Assembly: GCA_017654855.1 (NCBI GenBank)
Contig: CM030332.1
Coordinates: forward strand, 3,286,001-3,350,000
DNA from: Podospora anserina
Lineage: Eukaryota
DNA length: 64,000 bases
Direction: 5' to 3'
The notes under the pieces were generated by a model. The model did no database searches. It was not told the origin of the DNA and worked only from the letters and a program-made list of their open reading frames with translations. Shown here piece after piece: positions 33,339 through 46,774 of the stretch (the first letter of the stretch is position 1; every line of letters begins with the position of its first letter). The translations under genes were made by a program, and so were the position numbers.

Positions 33339-35098
33339 GCTGGGAGCTTGGTACTGCGGGACTGCCGGACACGATAATTAGCTGGCTGAAGCAGCTCCAG
33401 AGTCTGAAGACGGCTTTGTGGTACCTTTGATGTTGAGTCGTGGTTTTGACAAGGGTGAAGATGGAGACAGGGTTGTTTTTAAGCACGGGTGATGAAGGGC
33501 TCCGATTTTATAGATCTTAAACTTGGCTGGCAACACTGGCTACAGAACTCTTCATATTCTTGAAGAGAACACCCATCTTATACCCCGATTCCCTCCGTGC
33601 CGCCGGGCTAAGAAGCTTGCCTCCTCGGTCAACCGCACCCGTTTCCCAACCATTCAAACCCCCTATATCACTTGCCACCAACTGAGAAAAAGAGGTAGGA
33701 AAATCAGAATTTGCTGATAACAAGGCGGGCGAGGCAAGGAAAAAGCTGACGATCCGGATCACGCCCATGGCTCTCTCTGTGTGTGTACAAAAGCAAACAC
33801 GGGGTTACTTGGGTCATCCAGCACCCGGTATCGTGACGTTGACTGGACCATCATGGTACACAAGTCACCCAGACAACACCCCTTCGACGGATAGCAACAC
33901 GAGAACACCCTACCTCGGCTGAGTCAGTTCTCGCAACAGCTTGGGATCTTGAAGCACGCTACATATCAGCATCCTGACATCCCCGGTAGGGCCATGCGTG
34001 GGATCCTTTTGGTTCTGGAAGACGGTCAACCCGTCGGGTTCCAGCACGTCCATCTACGGATCTCTCGGGCTAATATGCTCGACTTGTCAGCCAGGGTATG
34101 CCAAGGCGAGATGGCGAGCTTCGATATCGGACTCCTGCAGCAGAGCTGGGGAAGGCTTGCAGACGAATGACGATAGATCGATGATTTGCTTCAGGGGCTG
34201 GGGCGTGGTGCGCCTGGATGGATATGATATCAAATGCTTGTCTGCCGGGCATCGGTGAGAACTGTGATTTATGAAGTCATTTTGACTATTCGTCCGTGTG
34301 CCACCGACCGAGTCCTTGACAGGGCATAGCTGAGGCGATATTTTGAAGTTCTAATGAAAGGATGATTCGTTGGTGCCGCCGCAGTTTTTGAAGCATCGAT
34401 TATCTTGTCCAAGGCCTCTCTGCCTTCAAGTCCAGCGATAAGCCCCACATTCCTTATCGCACTGGGGTCCGAGCTGGGGTGCCCCTCCACTGACTGCTAC
34501 GCTTCCTGGACCTCTCTCCAAGCTCTCTCGACAGCTCCCTTCTCCCGTCAACATTTGTCTGAAGGCTTGCTGTTGATATATATGTCAGTTTGCAGTCAAC
34601 GACTCCCCTCACACAGCCGAGGAATATCGCTCAAGCTAGTGCTGGTATTCGCTTGGACGCGTTGGCAGGTGCCAGGCACATGACGACAGAGCATCACCCG
34701 CCTCCTTCATCATCGCGAATGGGAGTTGACTGAGATAAGCCGACCGATCCTCCCCGAGGCTCCAGATTTGCCCCTCGTACGATCCTAAAATCTGCCTTTT
34801 AGCATCGTGGCGTTATACTTTTGTTTCTTATTGCTCCAAACTCACAGGCATTCTTACTTTTATTTCTTGACCTTGATGAGCAGCCTAGCTGGTGAACTTG
34901 TAAACCCCAAATCCACTTCGACGCGGTAACTCTCTCGAACAGACGTCAGCCTATCGCCAGACACGAGAGCGAAAGCACCGCGAGTCAAGACTATAACGTC
35001 GAGCGAAGTGGGATACAGAAAGTGGACGCGACAAACCCCCAAATTTATTCGTACAATCGACACTGGTTATTCTTCGCATGTGCTGCTGAGCAGCAGGA

Positions 35099-37026
35099 AT
35101 GGCTACACGAGACTACGGCTCGGCCCACGCCCCCATCGAGCTCAGCAGCGATTCTGATTCCGACGGAGGTTCGTCCGTGAGTGGCAGCGACTACATAGAA
35201 AGACAGGACCAAGGGAGACAGGCTCACACTGCCGTGTGCGAGTGGCGGACAGCAAGATTCCACGATCGGGAATGCTCACGCTACTGGGATTGTCCGTCGC
35301 ATGCTGTTGAGCGCGCGCTCTCTGAACATCGTCAGGAAGAGGCACAGGGGCGAGGCGGAGATCACGATATGGATGACGGCGAAGAGAGACCTGATCCTGG
35401 GGCTGTCTCGCCTTTGAGTGAGGATGATGAGCCTGACCGTGGAGCTGAGGGTAACACAAGGCCGAGGTCTCCGTCTCCAGAGGTGCCAGCATCCGAGGCT
35501 CTGCCGGCTGCCAGAAACTTGAGAACTGAAGTGCCCAACGATTCCGGATATTCGAATGAACAACGCACAGCATCTGGGGCGAGTGCAGAAAATCCAATCA
35601 TTGTGGTTAGCAGTCCTGCGGCTGCCTTCCGGAGACAACCCAGGTTCTCAGAGTCAGCGCCAGGGCCGTCAAGGACAGAACCAAGGCGGACAAGAGACGG
35701 TTACACTAGCGTATTCCAGGAACAGGATGCGAGTTCAGGTCCCTCCGGTGCTGCCACCCCGAGGCACCAACCCCTTCTGCCTTCTCGTGGGGATCCTAGC
35801 GGCGAGTTGATACTGCCAAGATGGCAGCCAGACGCTGAAGTGACCTACTGCCCTATATGCAACGCTCAGTTCAGCATATTTGTTAGAAAACATCATTGCC
35901 GGTATGTACTGCTGGTCTGAGCCATGTGGAAACCAAAAGCTGACAGGATCATAGCAAGTGTGGGCGTGTTGTTTGCGCTTCATGCTCCCCGCACCGCATC
36001 ACGATACCCTACCAGTATATTGTTCAACCTCCTGGCGCTCCCCGTGTATTCCCGCAAGGAGCCGCGATGCCGCCTTCGGACCGCGACGGATGGTATCCAA
36101 GTCTGAGTGGTGGTGAAAGAGTGAGACTGTGCAATCCGTGTGTGCTAGACCCTAACACTACTCTACCGCAAGCCTTGGGAGCGGACAACGGAAATGCAGA
36201 CACAGCAGAAGGCGCCAGCCCTGGTTCGAACCGGTGGAGCTTCTACTTTGGCGGCGCTCAGCCTGCACCTACAAGCACCGCTCACGCTAGAAGCAGGAGC
36301 GTCACGATGGTAGGTAGCATGGCTAACGCCTTGATCACTTGTCTGCCCCTCTCCTCGCCCGTTGCTGAACACGAACAACAGCCGCAGCAGCCAGGTGCGC
36401 CATCATCCTCACGTCCGCAGAACCTCGCCTACTCGCAAGACACACTGAACCGGATTCTCTCTGGCACCCCGCCGGTCTACTTTCCTGCCGCCAGCGGATC
36501 AAGTTCCCGTCGTCATCGACCATATCCGGGACCGCAGCGCTACCAGTCTATGCTGAACATGGAGGGATCATCTTCTACCGTCATGGCTGGCCCGTCAGAC
36601 CACCATCCGCACAGCTCAAGACAGCTCCCTGCCGCCCCTCAAATTGCCGAAGAAGACGAATGCCCTGTTTGCCACCGTGAACTACCGCCTCGAACTCTCC
36701 CCAACTATGAAGCCGTGCGGGAGGCCCACATCAACATGTGCATCACCTCGCACAGCGCATACGGCGGGACAAGCAGTGCTTCGCCAGGAGAGAACCCGTT
36801 ACCGCCACCGCCGCCTAGAAGGACGGGGATGTTTCCGTACACGGCCACAGAGAAGGACTGCGTGGACTCGGCTGAGTGTTCCATCTGTCTAGAAGAGTTT
36901 GAAGTGGGTGTTGCGATGGCGAGGCTGGAGTGCTTGTGCCGGTTCCACAGGGCGTGCATTGGGGCTTGGTGGGAGAGGCACCCGGGACGGTGTCCGATGC
37001 ATTCGCACGATGGTTTTGGGTATTAA
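35099..37026 (+). CDS. PIB1: FYVE + RING-H2 E3 ubiquitin ligase (Pib1-like), 3 exons
   Basis: WQPD..CPIC..RKHHCRKCGRVVC..RLCNPC FYVE domain, ECPVC, and C-terminal ECSICLEEF..RLECLCRFHRACI..CPMH RING. Introns 35902-35954 and approx. 36310-36381. Confidence 0.88.
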
Positions 37027-37312
37027 TGGTTTTTTTTCTCTCCTTTTGTTTCCGGTTTGCATCTGCGTCGTCGTTGACTAGGTTTGGTGTGTTGGCATTT
37101 TTGAAGAAGTTTTGGGAAGGCGTTTTTAGTTTCTCAGATACCATTCACTGCTGCCCATGTGTTTTTTCTTGAGAGGGTTATAGATGACTTTGATGTTGTG
37201 AATCAGCGATCATAGTAGTTTAACAAGCGAAGATTGTGTGTGTGCGTGTGTGTGTGTATGTTGACCAAATAGTTTATTTGCTGCTGTCTTGTAAATCCAT
37301 ACAATAATACCT

Positions 37313-37913
37313 CTAAGAATCCCCCCTCCGCCCCAAATCCTCCTTCCCCAACGCCTCCGGCCCAAAGCTCAGGGGGAGTAGTTCCTTTAGTCTGAGGACC
37401 GCGTACCCGTTCTCACCGTCGAACATGATGATTGGGATTTCTACGGAGCAAAACTCGCGGATGGCCTGTCGGCACATGCCGCAGGGGGAGGCTGGGGGGG
37501 AGATGTCTGTTGCTACTGCTATGGCTTTGAACTTTAGGGTTTTGGAGGCCCAGGAGATGGAGTTGGGGGGGTGGACGGTGGTGACGGCTTTGCAGAGGGC
37601 GGTGCGCTCTGCGCAGGTTGTGACAGGGTAGGAGGCGTTTTCTACGTTCGCGCCTGTGATGATGAGACTGGTTTGGGTGAGGAGGGCGGCTCCTGCGGGG
37701 GGTTAGTCAAGGGGAATGGGAGGGGGAGGGAAGGAACTTGCCGACGCGGAATTTGGAGTAGGGGGAGTAGGAATGGCTTTTGGCTTCTTTTGCTGAGCGG
37801 TGGAGGTTGTCAAACTCCTCCCTGGAGAGGGCAAACGTCTCGCATGTGGAGGCGATGTCGGCCGGGGAGGTGGCGGAGAGGATTGGGGGTGGGATGGTGG
37901 TTTGGGTTGCCAT
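37313..37913 (-). CDS. CDD1: Cytidine deaminase (2 exons, GC-AG intron 37693-37741)
   Basis: SYSPYSKFRVG|AALL, GANVENASY, CAERTA, SPCGMCRQ and ELLPLSFG. Confidence 0.93.
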
Positions 37914-38680
37914 TGCGGAAGTGAAGTGAGTTGGTGGTGTTTGGTGGTGTTTGGTGGTGGTGGTGGTGATGAAAAACAAACTTCGATCAAAAAATAATAA
38001 AAACCAAAGAAAACGGCACAGTCAAAGTCAACGTCAACCTCAGCAAAGGAAACCTTCTTGTCGGGTCTCACACACCACCTTCCTCCAACTATGACGACGA
38101 TGTTTATAAACCCACCGCCTGTACAACCCCTGAAGATAGGTAAACCCCGCCGTTTTCCCGGCGGTATCCGCCCTTGCCCCTTTATCTAATCACTCACAAC
38201 TAGCCACTTGCCTATCCTAGCCACGACACATGCCAGTTGTCTCTCGCAACACCGCCGTTCGCATCCCAAGGTCACAAGACCACCCTCAATCCCAGTAAAA
38301 TCAATTCCAGTTTGCTAATAGTTTTACCACATGTACAACACACTATTATGTCTTCAAGTATCGGTCAAATTACGCTAGTACTCTTATTCCCGACCCAAAA
38401 GCTACAGTATATGTACGTTCCAGTTTGTTCCCTAGTACATCTACTGCACAAAGTCAATCCTACTACGCCCACTCACCAGCGCCACCACCACCAACAACAG
38501 AGAAGCACCTCAAACAGGACAGCAAAGACAAAAAATGTAGAGACACAAAAATCAAATGTCCACCCAACCCTTTTAAACCCCCTTCCCTCAACACCAACGC
38601 CTCCAAAAAACACCAACACCAAATGAAAAAAGCAAAACGCCATCAGATGAGGATAGTCACCGCTTCTTCACTGCTTCCCC

Positions 38681-41600
38681 CTACCTCTCCATAACCACAT
38701 CCTCTCCCTCCCCCTCATCCTCCTCCTCCTCCTCCTCCTCCTCCTCAGCATAGCTCTCCACGCCCGCCGCCGCCTTCCTCCTCTTATTATTCTCCCCAAC
38801 CTCCTCCGCCTTCGGAACCGGATGCTCCCTCTCATACTTCAACCTCAACTCGGTAGCCTTCCCATCCCACTCCTCCCCCAATTTCTTCCACTCCTCCATC
38901 CTTTCCGCATACGCCCTCTTCTGCTCCTCCACCATCTCCACAAACGGCCTCTTCTCCTCCTCGGTCGTCTCCTTCCACATCTTTGCGCTCATCACCCTCA
39001 CCTCGTTAGCAGAGGGCTTCCCCTTGCCCGGCCGCCTCCCCTCCTCCAGCTTCCTCCTCGCCCTGTCGTAGTTGGACTTGCTGAAAAAGATGTACGCGTT
39101 GCTCGCCGGCTTGGCCGGCATCGCAGGCCGCCTGTCAATCAGCGAGACAATGTGATCCCACATGTCAATCTCGTACTGCCTCAGCCGAGCCTCAAGGGAG
39201 CCGTCCTTCTGATTACCCCCCGACGCTTTGCGCTTAAGGGACGAGTGGTCCTTGGGGACAATGAGCGGGGTAGGAATCTCAATCGGCCCGAGCATGGCAT
39301 CCAGCACTTCCGACGCCGCGCGGAGTCCCGACAGATAAGCACCGTGAACAGTGGCAGGGTGCGTCCCGCTGGTGTGCTCGCCCGCAAAATACAAATTCCC
39401 AATCGGCCTCGCCATGGTGTCATAGTCATCCGCCTCCATGTTTGGCCCCGCCGATGAGTAACTCCCGCGGGCAAACTTGTCAGACGCCCACCGGGTCACG
39501 ACCGCCTCGACAGGTTGTTTGGGTACCCTAGAACCGTAAACACTGCGAAGAACCTCTGTCGCTTCCGCCACAAGGTCGTCGTTGCAGCTCTGCTCCGTGT
39601 CATACCCAGCGTCGCCAGCCATGAGCGCGAGCAAAACAGGCAGCCCGCTCGGCTTGGAGATGTTGAACCACTGAAAGAAGCGACCTCGCTGAGAGGAGTA
39701 ATCCTTCTGTTCCAGACTATGCCGGCTGGATGGCATCCGCAAGACACCAAAAATGTCGCGGTTCTCGTTCCAGAACGCCTCTCTGTACACAAGAATGACC
39801 TTGTTCAGCACGCCAAAACCTAGGCGGCTGATGGCGTCGGCCTTCCAAGACGGCAGCGGCGGGTCAAACTGCACGTTACCGTGCTTGAGCACACCGAGCG
39901 GGATAGTGTTGACAACGTAGTCCGCCTCCACCTTGTAACCATCTTCACACTCAACAGTGGCTTTACCCGTGTTGTCAGGACTGTATGTAATCTTTTGGAC
40001 TGGCGACTTTTGCTTCAGGTTCAATGGCGTAGGAAGCATCGCAAGACCTCTAGGCACGCTCTGATACCCCCCAACAACCATCGTATGGGCCCCTTCCCAC
40101 TCGTTTCCCGCGTCAATGTCCCACCCCCGAAGGCTCATCTGGTTGTAGTTGGTGGCATTGCTGTACTCAAGATTGGCAACGTGCCAGTTCATGAGCCTGA
40201 AATCCTGCGCCGTGAAGTCTACCAGATCTCTGTATTGCGGAATGATCTTGTCGATGACGCTGCCGAGCGTGGCATTGGGTTCTTTGGTAAGAGAATCAAT
40301 CTCGAGATCAGCATCGTCGCTGACGCCATGCTTGAGCGGCCAACCGATATCCCTCACCCTATGCGCCGCTTTCTGAGCCCCTGGGGTTCCTGGTTCGGTG
40401 TGAACCTTCCCAGTGGCGCGATCCGACGATACGGGTACCAGGTGAACCTGCGGCGCCATGTTTTGTTCCGACACAGGCGCCGCATACGGTTGCGCAGCAG
40501 CCGCCTCTTCAGCTTGCCGAATCGTCCTGTGCGTTTCCGCCGAACTATCCCTCCCCTCGTCTATCAAGTCGCGGTTGCCCTCGATCAGTTTCGACGTCGG
40601 CTGCTGAAACTTGTACTCGCTGACCCGCTCAAGACAGTCGTTGTAGAGCTTCTCCACCATCTGGTCCCGTACAAAATCGACAGGCTTGCCGTTCGAATCG
40701 AAAATGGTCATGTCGGGGTTCAGCTTGTGATAGTCAAGGCCCAGCTGGCCTCTGAGAAGGATGTTGATGGGATTGCCCCTATCAAAGCCCGTGATAATCA
40801 TGCCTCCCATCTCTGCGGTATATCTCTTGCCGTCAAAATGAGGTGGGACCTGTTTTGGTTTTGTGGTGAAAGCACGGGAATACACTCTCCCGCCAACACG
40901 GCTTCTCCCTTCCAGGACGACAACCCGTGCAGGCTCCTCACCCATCTCGCGAAACTTCCTCGAGTACTGCTTGAACAGGCCTTCCAGCTGTCTTGCGCAG
41001 CCAAGCCCGGACATCCCCGCGCCGATGACGACAATCGTCTTTTGTTTCCTCCGAGTAGATGGGCCTTCGGGCACTGGCTTACGTGACGACCGGATTTCAA
41101 CACACCCAAAGTTGATATATCCGCGACGGACGAGCCAGTCAAAGCTGAGGCTGGCAACGTCAAACCACCTCGAGTCTTTGGCACAGCCAACAGCCTCGTC
41201 ACGTGTGACAGCGATCTGTGGATTTCTGACCCAAAGTCTCAGGATTCCGTTACGGATATTCAGATACGTCGTCACTTGTGTATGGCTGATATGATCACGA
41301 AGCATCGAGTACTCCTCTGGATGAAGGGCATAAGGGTTTAGTCTCGACGCTTCGGCCCCGGAAATGCACTGTGTGGCGTATTCGTAGAGCGGAAGATCAG
41401 GCGGGATAGAGACCTTTGGCCGCACGTCATATCTCCGCCTCGGCTTGTCTTTTATTTGACTGGCGGGTTGGGCAGCAGGAGGTGCCATGCCCTCCTTGGA
41501 ACTTTCGTTATCAACTGGAGTGGTGGCTTTACTAGACACCGAGGATAGGGCGGGTGATAAGTCGGAGTGTTCCGATGCTAGAGATACTGATGATGATGAG

Positions 41601-42277
41601 CCTTCCGCCTTTGGAGCAACATCATTCTCCACAGTTTGGGATATTACTACTGCAGATGCCGGTGCCGGAGGTGATAATGGGGGGGTGGGTGGCGGAGGAT
41701 CATGTTGGAGAGGGGTGGTTGGTTCAAGTTGAGGAGCCGATGGAACATCTAGGGAGAGCGGCGGTGGCACTTCAGTGGGAAGAGATTCAGGCTGCATCGA
41801 GGGAGACGACGCAGGTTGAGAGAGGGGGGACGATGATGGCGACACGCCAGGTTCCCTTGTTCCATAGTCAGCACGTGACACTCAATCTGAAAATGACAGG
41901 TTGATTGGGCTGAAGAACAGGTCGAATCGAGACGCTTACATCTTCATGTCCTCAGCTGCCACATCAGCAATGTCTAACATCTCCGGCGGCGCCGATGTGG
42001 GTGACTCGGGCACATCCACATCCATAGTGTCTCCCGTCCAGACCACTATCTCGGCAGCGATATCCTCAGATGGACTCGAAGACTCCTTGACTTTCATCCT
42101 CCGGTCAGGGGTATTCAAAGATGTGCCGCCGGCAGGTGATGATGATGGCTTGGCAAAACTCGAGCTGGCCGGTATGCGGTTTGAACGTCGTGAATCAATA
42201 TTCGGACTAGAACCTCTTACAGGTCGTTTCCCAGCACCGCTAGAATCTCTAGATCGGGGGCGGGAAGGGGGCCCCAT
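38681..42277 (-). CDS. LSD1/Aof2-type FAD-dependent histone demethylase (SWIRM + amine oxidase + C-terminal HMG box)
   Basis: YLNIRNGIL..GYINFG SWIRM, VIGAGMSG, RVGGRVYS, FAGEHT..ATVHGAYLSG, and HMG-like PAKPASNAYIFF..AKMWKE. Intron 41856-41939 joins the 41936-42277 ORF. Confidence 0.9.
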
Positions 42278-43225
42278 CCTAGCGAAACTGGTGGTCTAAT
42301 CGGCTTGCGGGATGTGAGGTTGATGGTCGTGGATAGACAGATATATCGGATCGGATGGTGGTCAGGTCGCTGGTGGTGACTGACAACTCCGCTTCCACCT
42401 CATGCCATACACAGACAGGGGGATGGTGCCACAGGCTCCGAAAATTCAGCTTGATTGGCAGTCGAGATGTGGTTGTAGCTATAAGACGAAAAGGAACCGT
42501 ATATCTGCTTGACAAGGTCAGCAAATGGGTCTCTGGTGGTGAATCGATGATTATCTGCGCTGGCGTATCATTGATCTGATATCTGATTGGAATAGAAACC
42601 AAGACAAGACACCTCAAAAGCAAAAATGTCCAGGGAGCTGGGGCGTGGTATTACCTCGAGAGAACATATCGGCGGCCGCGCACCGTACGGACCGGGGAAA
42701 AGTGGCTCGAGGTTCGAGAGTGAGGCTAGTGAGTTACGGATGAGAGGGTTTGGTAATAAGAGAATGGCATTGAGGCCGTGATTTGCCGTCTACCTCGCAG
42801 AAGGGCAAGAGTCTGAAAGAGGGAGACAGTAGCGCAGATTCATCTCCACAGCACAGCTGAGCCGAACCGTGCAGTCACTGTAATCCAAGTCCATTCCAGG
42901 CCTGCCCGGCGCTATCACGTGAGCGCCTCTCCGCACCCATATCCCCCCAAAACACACCAACTCACCTCACCCGCCCGATATCAAGCCATCAGCCCATTCT
43001 TGTTGGTAGAGTTTGGCTATCTCTTTGAATTCTCACAGGGATATCTCGAGTCACCGTTTGCCTTTGTTTGCCTCGGTCAGCAGTTCACTTACCTGCTTCG
43101 ACGGAGCAAACAGTCTATTTTCCAGGGTGCAGTGCCCGGCCTAAGCTCTGCTGCTGCCAGCCACCAACTTCACGCATGGGACGACAGGTTGTTATATTTA
43201 AACATCATACCTAGGGTATATCATC

Positions 43226-45532
43226 TCATCTAGCAGCAGCGGCCGGAGAAGAAGCCGTCGCCGCAGCCGAGGCTTGTGGGTTTCTCTTCTCAAACGACTC
43301 CTTCTCAATTGCCGCATCCATCATCCTGTTCCCGCTAATAATCGAAGTCGTGCAGATAACCATCTTTCGCCGCGCTGTGTAGTACCATCAGTTAGCCATG
43401 ACTTCTACGTGTCGGGTATATGGTCCGACTTGCCTTCTTCCTGCTTTGCAATAAACCGCAGTGCGGCAATCTCAGTGAAACTGATGCCGCCCACGAACAC
43501 CACAAAGACCGTCTTTTGTTCACCACCTCCCGATAACAACGCCCTGGCTTTGACAGCCTTGTCCTCGCCCTTTTGGACCTCGTCGAACGTCTGGCCTCGA
43601 GCATGCTTGACAGCGTCGTCGAATCCACGCCATCCCTGTGCTCCACTTCCAGCCGGTCCAGCCGCACTCGTCACCCCGTTCCCTCTTGTGAGGGAAAGTA
43701 GATATTGTTTCTGGAGAATGCATTGGACAAGGCGAACCGATAAAGGGGCGTAGCCGCTATAGACGTAGGCAATATCGTTGGGGTCTTCTTCGTTGACCTC
43801 GTCCACAATGAGCCGGAGCTGCTTGCGGAGATATGTGTAGTTGGTTTTATTTCCAGTCGCACCCGCAGAGCCTGTCATTGGAATCATGGATGCCAGAGGG
43901 GATGACCTGGATAAAAACATCTGGAGCCGCTCTAGGTTATGGAGGGTCAGCAGATGCTGATATCCATACCCTTGAAGTATAAGTCGCCGAAAGTGGTCCA
44001 GCTCTTTGCTCTTGATACCCCCCGAGATGCAAGAGTAAACACACATCAGTCTCAAAACTTGAGGCAATGGTGTATCCCGCGCTATGAGCTCCTCAATGGC
44101 ATCAAATTGCGAAGATGGATCCGCTCCTGCTGCCAGATTCTGCTGCACCTCAAGGAGCTTCGTAAAGAGCTCAGTCTGCGTATACTTCATGATTTCTTCT
44201 GTAAGGCCCGTGTGTATCTTCAAGCTCTGTTGCTCTGCCTGATATCCGGGTAGCTTTTGCACGAATTCCCTAAGCTCCGCTGTCGTCTTTGAACTGTGTC
44301 TGCTATCAAAATCGCTTTGGAGTCGTCGGGCTATTTTGTGCAACTGAGTGCCTACGACGGCGAAATTGGTGTCGCGAAGCTGCGCAAACAACTTGTCAGA
44401 GCCGTCCAGCTGTATCTTGCGCTTTCTCGTCTGCCCATCTGTTGCCGTCGGGGCTGTCGTCGATCCGGCTTGAGGTCCAGGCTGTGGTGCTGCGCCAACT
44501 ATCGTCGAATCAACATCGGTTTGGTTATTTTGAATGCCAAACAGTTCGTCGATCAACCCTTCGTAAGTGAGCTGGGTGAGAAGAGGTGTAACAAAATCGA
44601 CTTCTCGGTCGATAATGATGATGCTTTCAGTTGTTGTGCTGGGGCTGAGCCCAACCTTGCCGGCCTCGCCAACATCTTCGCCGGCGAGTAACTCTTGTCT
44701 CATGCGCAAAAGAAGATCGGAAACCCTTTTGGCATTGTCGCCTTTGCCGACAATACGAGGAAACAGTCCATGCTTTTGTTGGATGCCCATCAAGGCGCGG
44801 GCGAGCAGGAAAACGGGCGTGGGGTCTTTGGCCAAATAAAGGTCGCGGAACGAATCGTCAAGCTCTAGGGACAAGACATCTTTATCCAGGGGAAAGAAGA
44901 AGAGCGGGAGTTCGGTGACATTGGTGTCTCCCAAGACTCCAGCTTCCTCCAAGATCTTGTCAGAAAGTAACGTCCGCCGAGGCACCCAGAACACATGGAA
45001 TTCGAGCGGGGTCTGCGCCTCTCGCTGAAGGCGAGTAATCTGGTCTGCTGTCTTGTCAGTGGCCCCAGTTGACTCTCATGAGCATACTCTCAGTTTTGCT
45101 CAAGGTGAGGTGTCGTCGCAGGGTGGGAAGGGTGGTGCGGATGTCTTACCGGCTATCGCATGAGCGTTGCGGGCAGACTCGCCGCGGGCAATGAAGACGA
45201 CATTGCGGTTGGTGGTATCCGTGTTCTTGTTCTCAAGAAAGAAGATCTTGTCGACATCGTATTCACGTAAAGTCGAGGCCTTGACTATCACACCGAGCGG
45301 GCCGGCGAGCTTCTCCTCAATGACGAAGTTCTTCTTTCCACGAACCTAGGGTGACGCTGCCTGTCAGTTCAGCAACTAACTCAGCACCGCACGCTGTAAC
45401 ATCGCAAGGGAACCGTGTGGTCCGTGATAGGGAGAGAGGTGGTTATGGTCTTACCCCTTCGAGAAGATGAAGCAGATCCCTCCGCGCCTTGTCTCTGATC
45501 TGTTCTGTGTCAAACTCCGGTTGAGGAGCCAT
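43226..45532 (-). CDS. VPS33: SM-family protein Vps33 (4 exons; last intron GC-AG)
   Basis: DLLHLLEG|VRGKK, FWVPRRT, IIIDREVDFVTPLLTQLTYEGLIDE, DIAYVYSGYAPLSVRL, VFVGGISFTEIAALRF and ICTTSIISG. Introns 45346-45454, 45045-45149, 43375-43433. Confidence 0.94.
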
Positions 45533-46159
45533 GGTGGTGAGCTGTCATGGCGATGTTGAAGTTGGTCCATGAAGCTTGCGAACCTCAGTAGGCAGCAAGT
45601 GACTAGCGAACGGACGCCTGGATGGATTACTTGGCGATGGCCCGAGCTCCAAAGCTCCACACGGGTCACAACGTCACACACTGATCGGTGGTCGGTGGAT
45701 AGCTTCACCGATACTCAGATATATAATTCCAGATCTACAAGTTGATCTTCCACTCTGGTGTTGATATCATTTTCTCTTCAATTCCTGCTCGCAATTGATA
45801 TGAAAGAGATGTTTATGGTGAACAAGTCTTTCGCTTTCTTTACGCACTTTATATGGCAGTCTGCCTCTCAACACAGACTATTCTTCGACAAGACCAAGTA
45901 TTGATCCATCAGTGATGAGCTTCTGTGAGCTCATTGAATAGCTTGTGAAAAACCCCCAGAAATTTTAGCCTGACAACCATGCTCGCAGAATTCCAAACTC
46001 CACCTCGGATGCTCGCTGTGACCGAGTGAGAGCAGCTCATTATGCAATCAGAGAATCTTTAATGCCCAGTATCCCAGTCATCCTCAATAAACGCCATATC
46101 CCAATCAATCAAAGCCAACTAGATATAAAACAGACAAAGTCAGACCCGTCCATCCCATC

Positions 46160-46774
46160 TCAGACGTTGTTATCATCGTAATAGAAGTCGATATCCTTGG
46201 GGCGCAGTCTGTTGGCACGCACAAACTCCTCGTCACCCGCGGGCCGTTCGTTTCTGCTGTTGCCCGTCAACATACTTTGGAGGCTCATGCACACACTCTC
46301 AACATTCTGCACCGGACTCCATCCTTGCTGTCCCAAGAGATCAAGGCAGATGATTCCATTGGAGTAAATGTGGGGATGGATCGGGATTGGTCGGTCGGCG
46401 AGCTTCACAAACGTCACCTCGGGAGGTTCTGGCAGATGTGGTGTCAGCGACTTTTGGGGTTGGACAGCAAGCAAAGGAAAGCAATCGTCCTCACCGATGG
46501 GATACTGCGCGCTGAAACGAAACTTGAGTCTGTAGATCTCGTTCAGGTAAAGAGGATTGTTGTCGAGTACCCGGATGTCCAGGAACCACTCTTCAAAGTT
46601 ATCGGCCGACACAAGTTCAATGCCCGGAGGGAGGGAGTTGCTGTTGATCTATGTGCGCACAAGGCAATGACAATGTCAGTGGGGTTGACAAAAGATAAAA
46701 GAAGTCGCAGGAGGAAAAGGATTGCTTACTTTCGACAGCTCTTTGCCGAGCCGCTTAGTCGCGAATCCGGCCAT
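46160..46774 (-). CDS. Ubiquitin-conjugating enzyme E2, UBE2W-like (3 exons)
   Basis: MAGFATKRLGKELSK..YPI|EPPEV..HPHIYSNGIICLDLL..WSP, with HPH in place of HPN as in UBE2W. Introns 46649-46729 and 46429-46494. Confidence 0.9.

Noticed and set aside
45912-45973. Box C (GTGATGA) ... box D (CTGA) snoRNA candidate
   Set aside because: No terminal stem, no clear C'/D' boxes and no rRNA complementarity that I could recognise.
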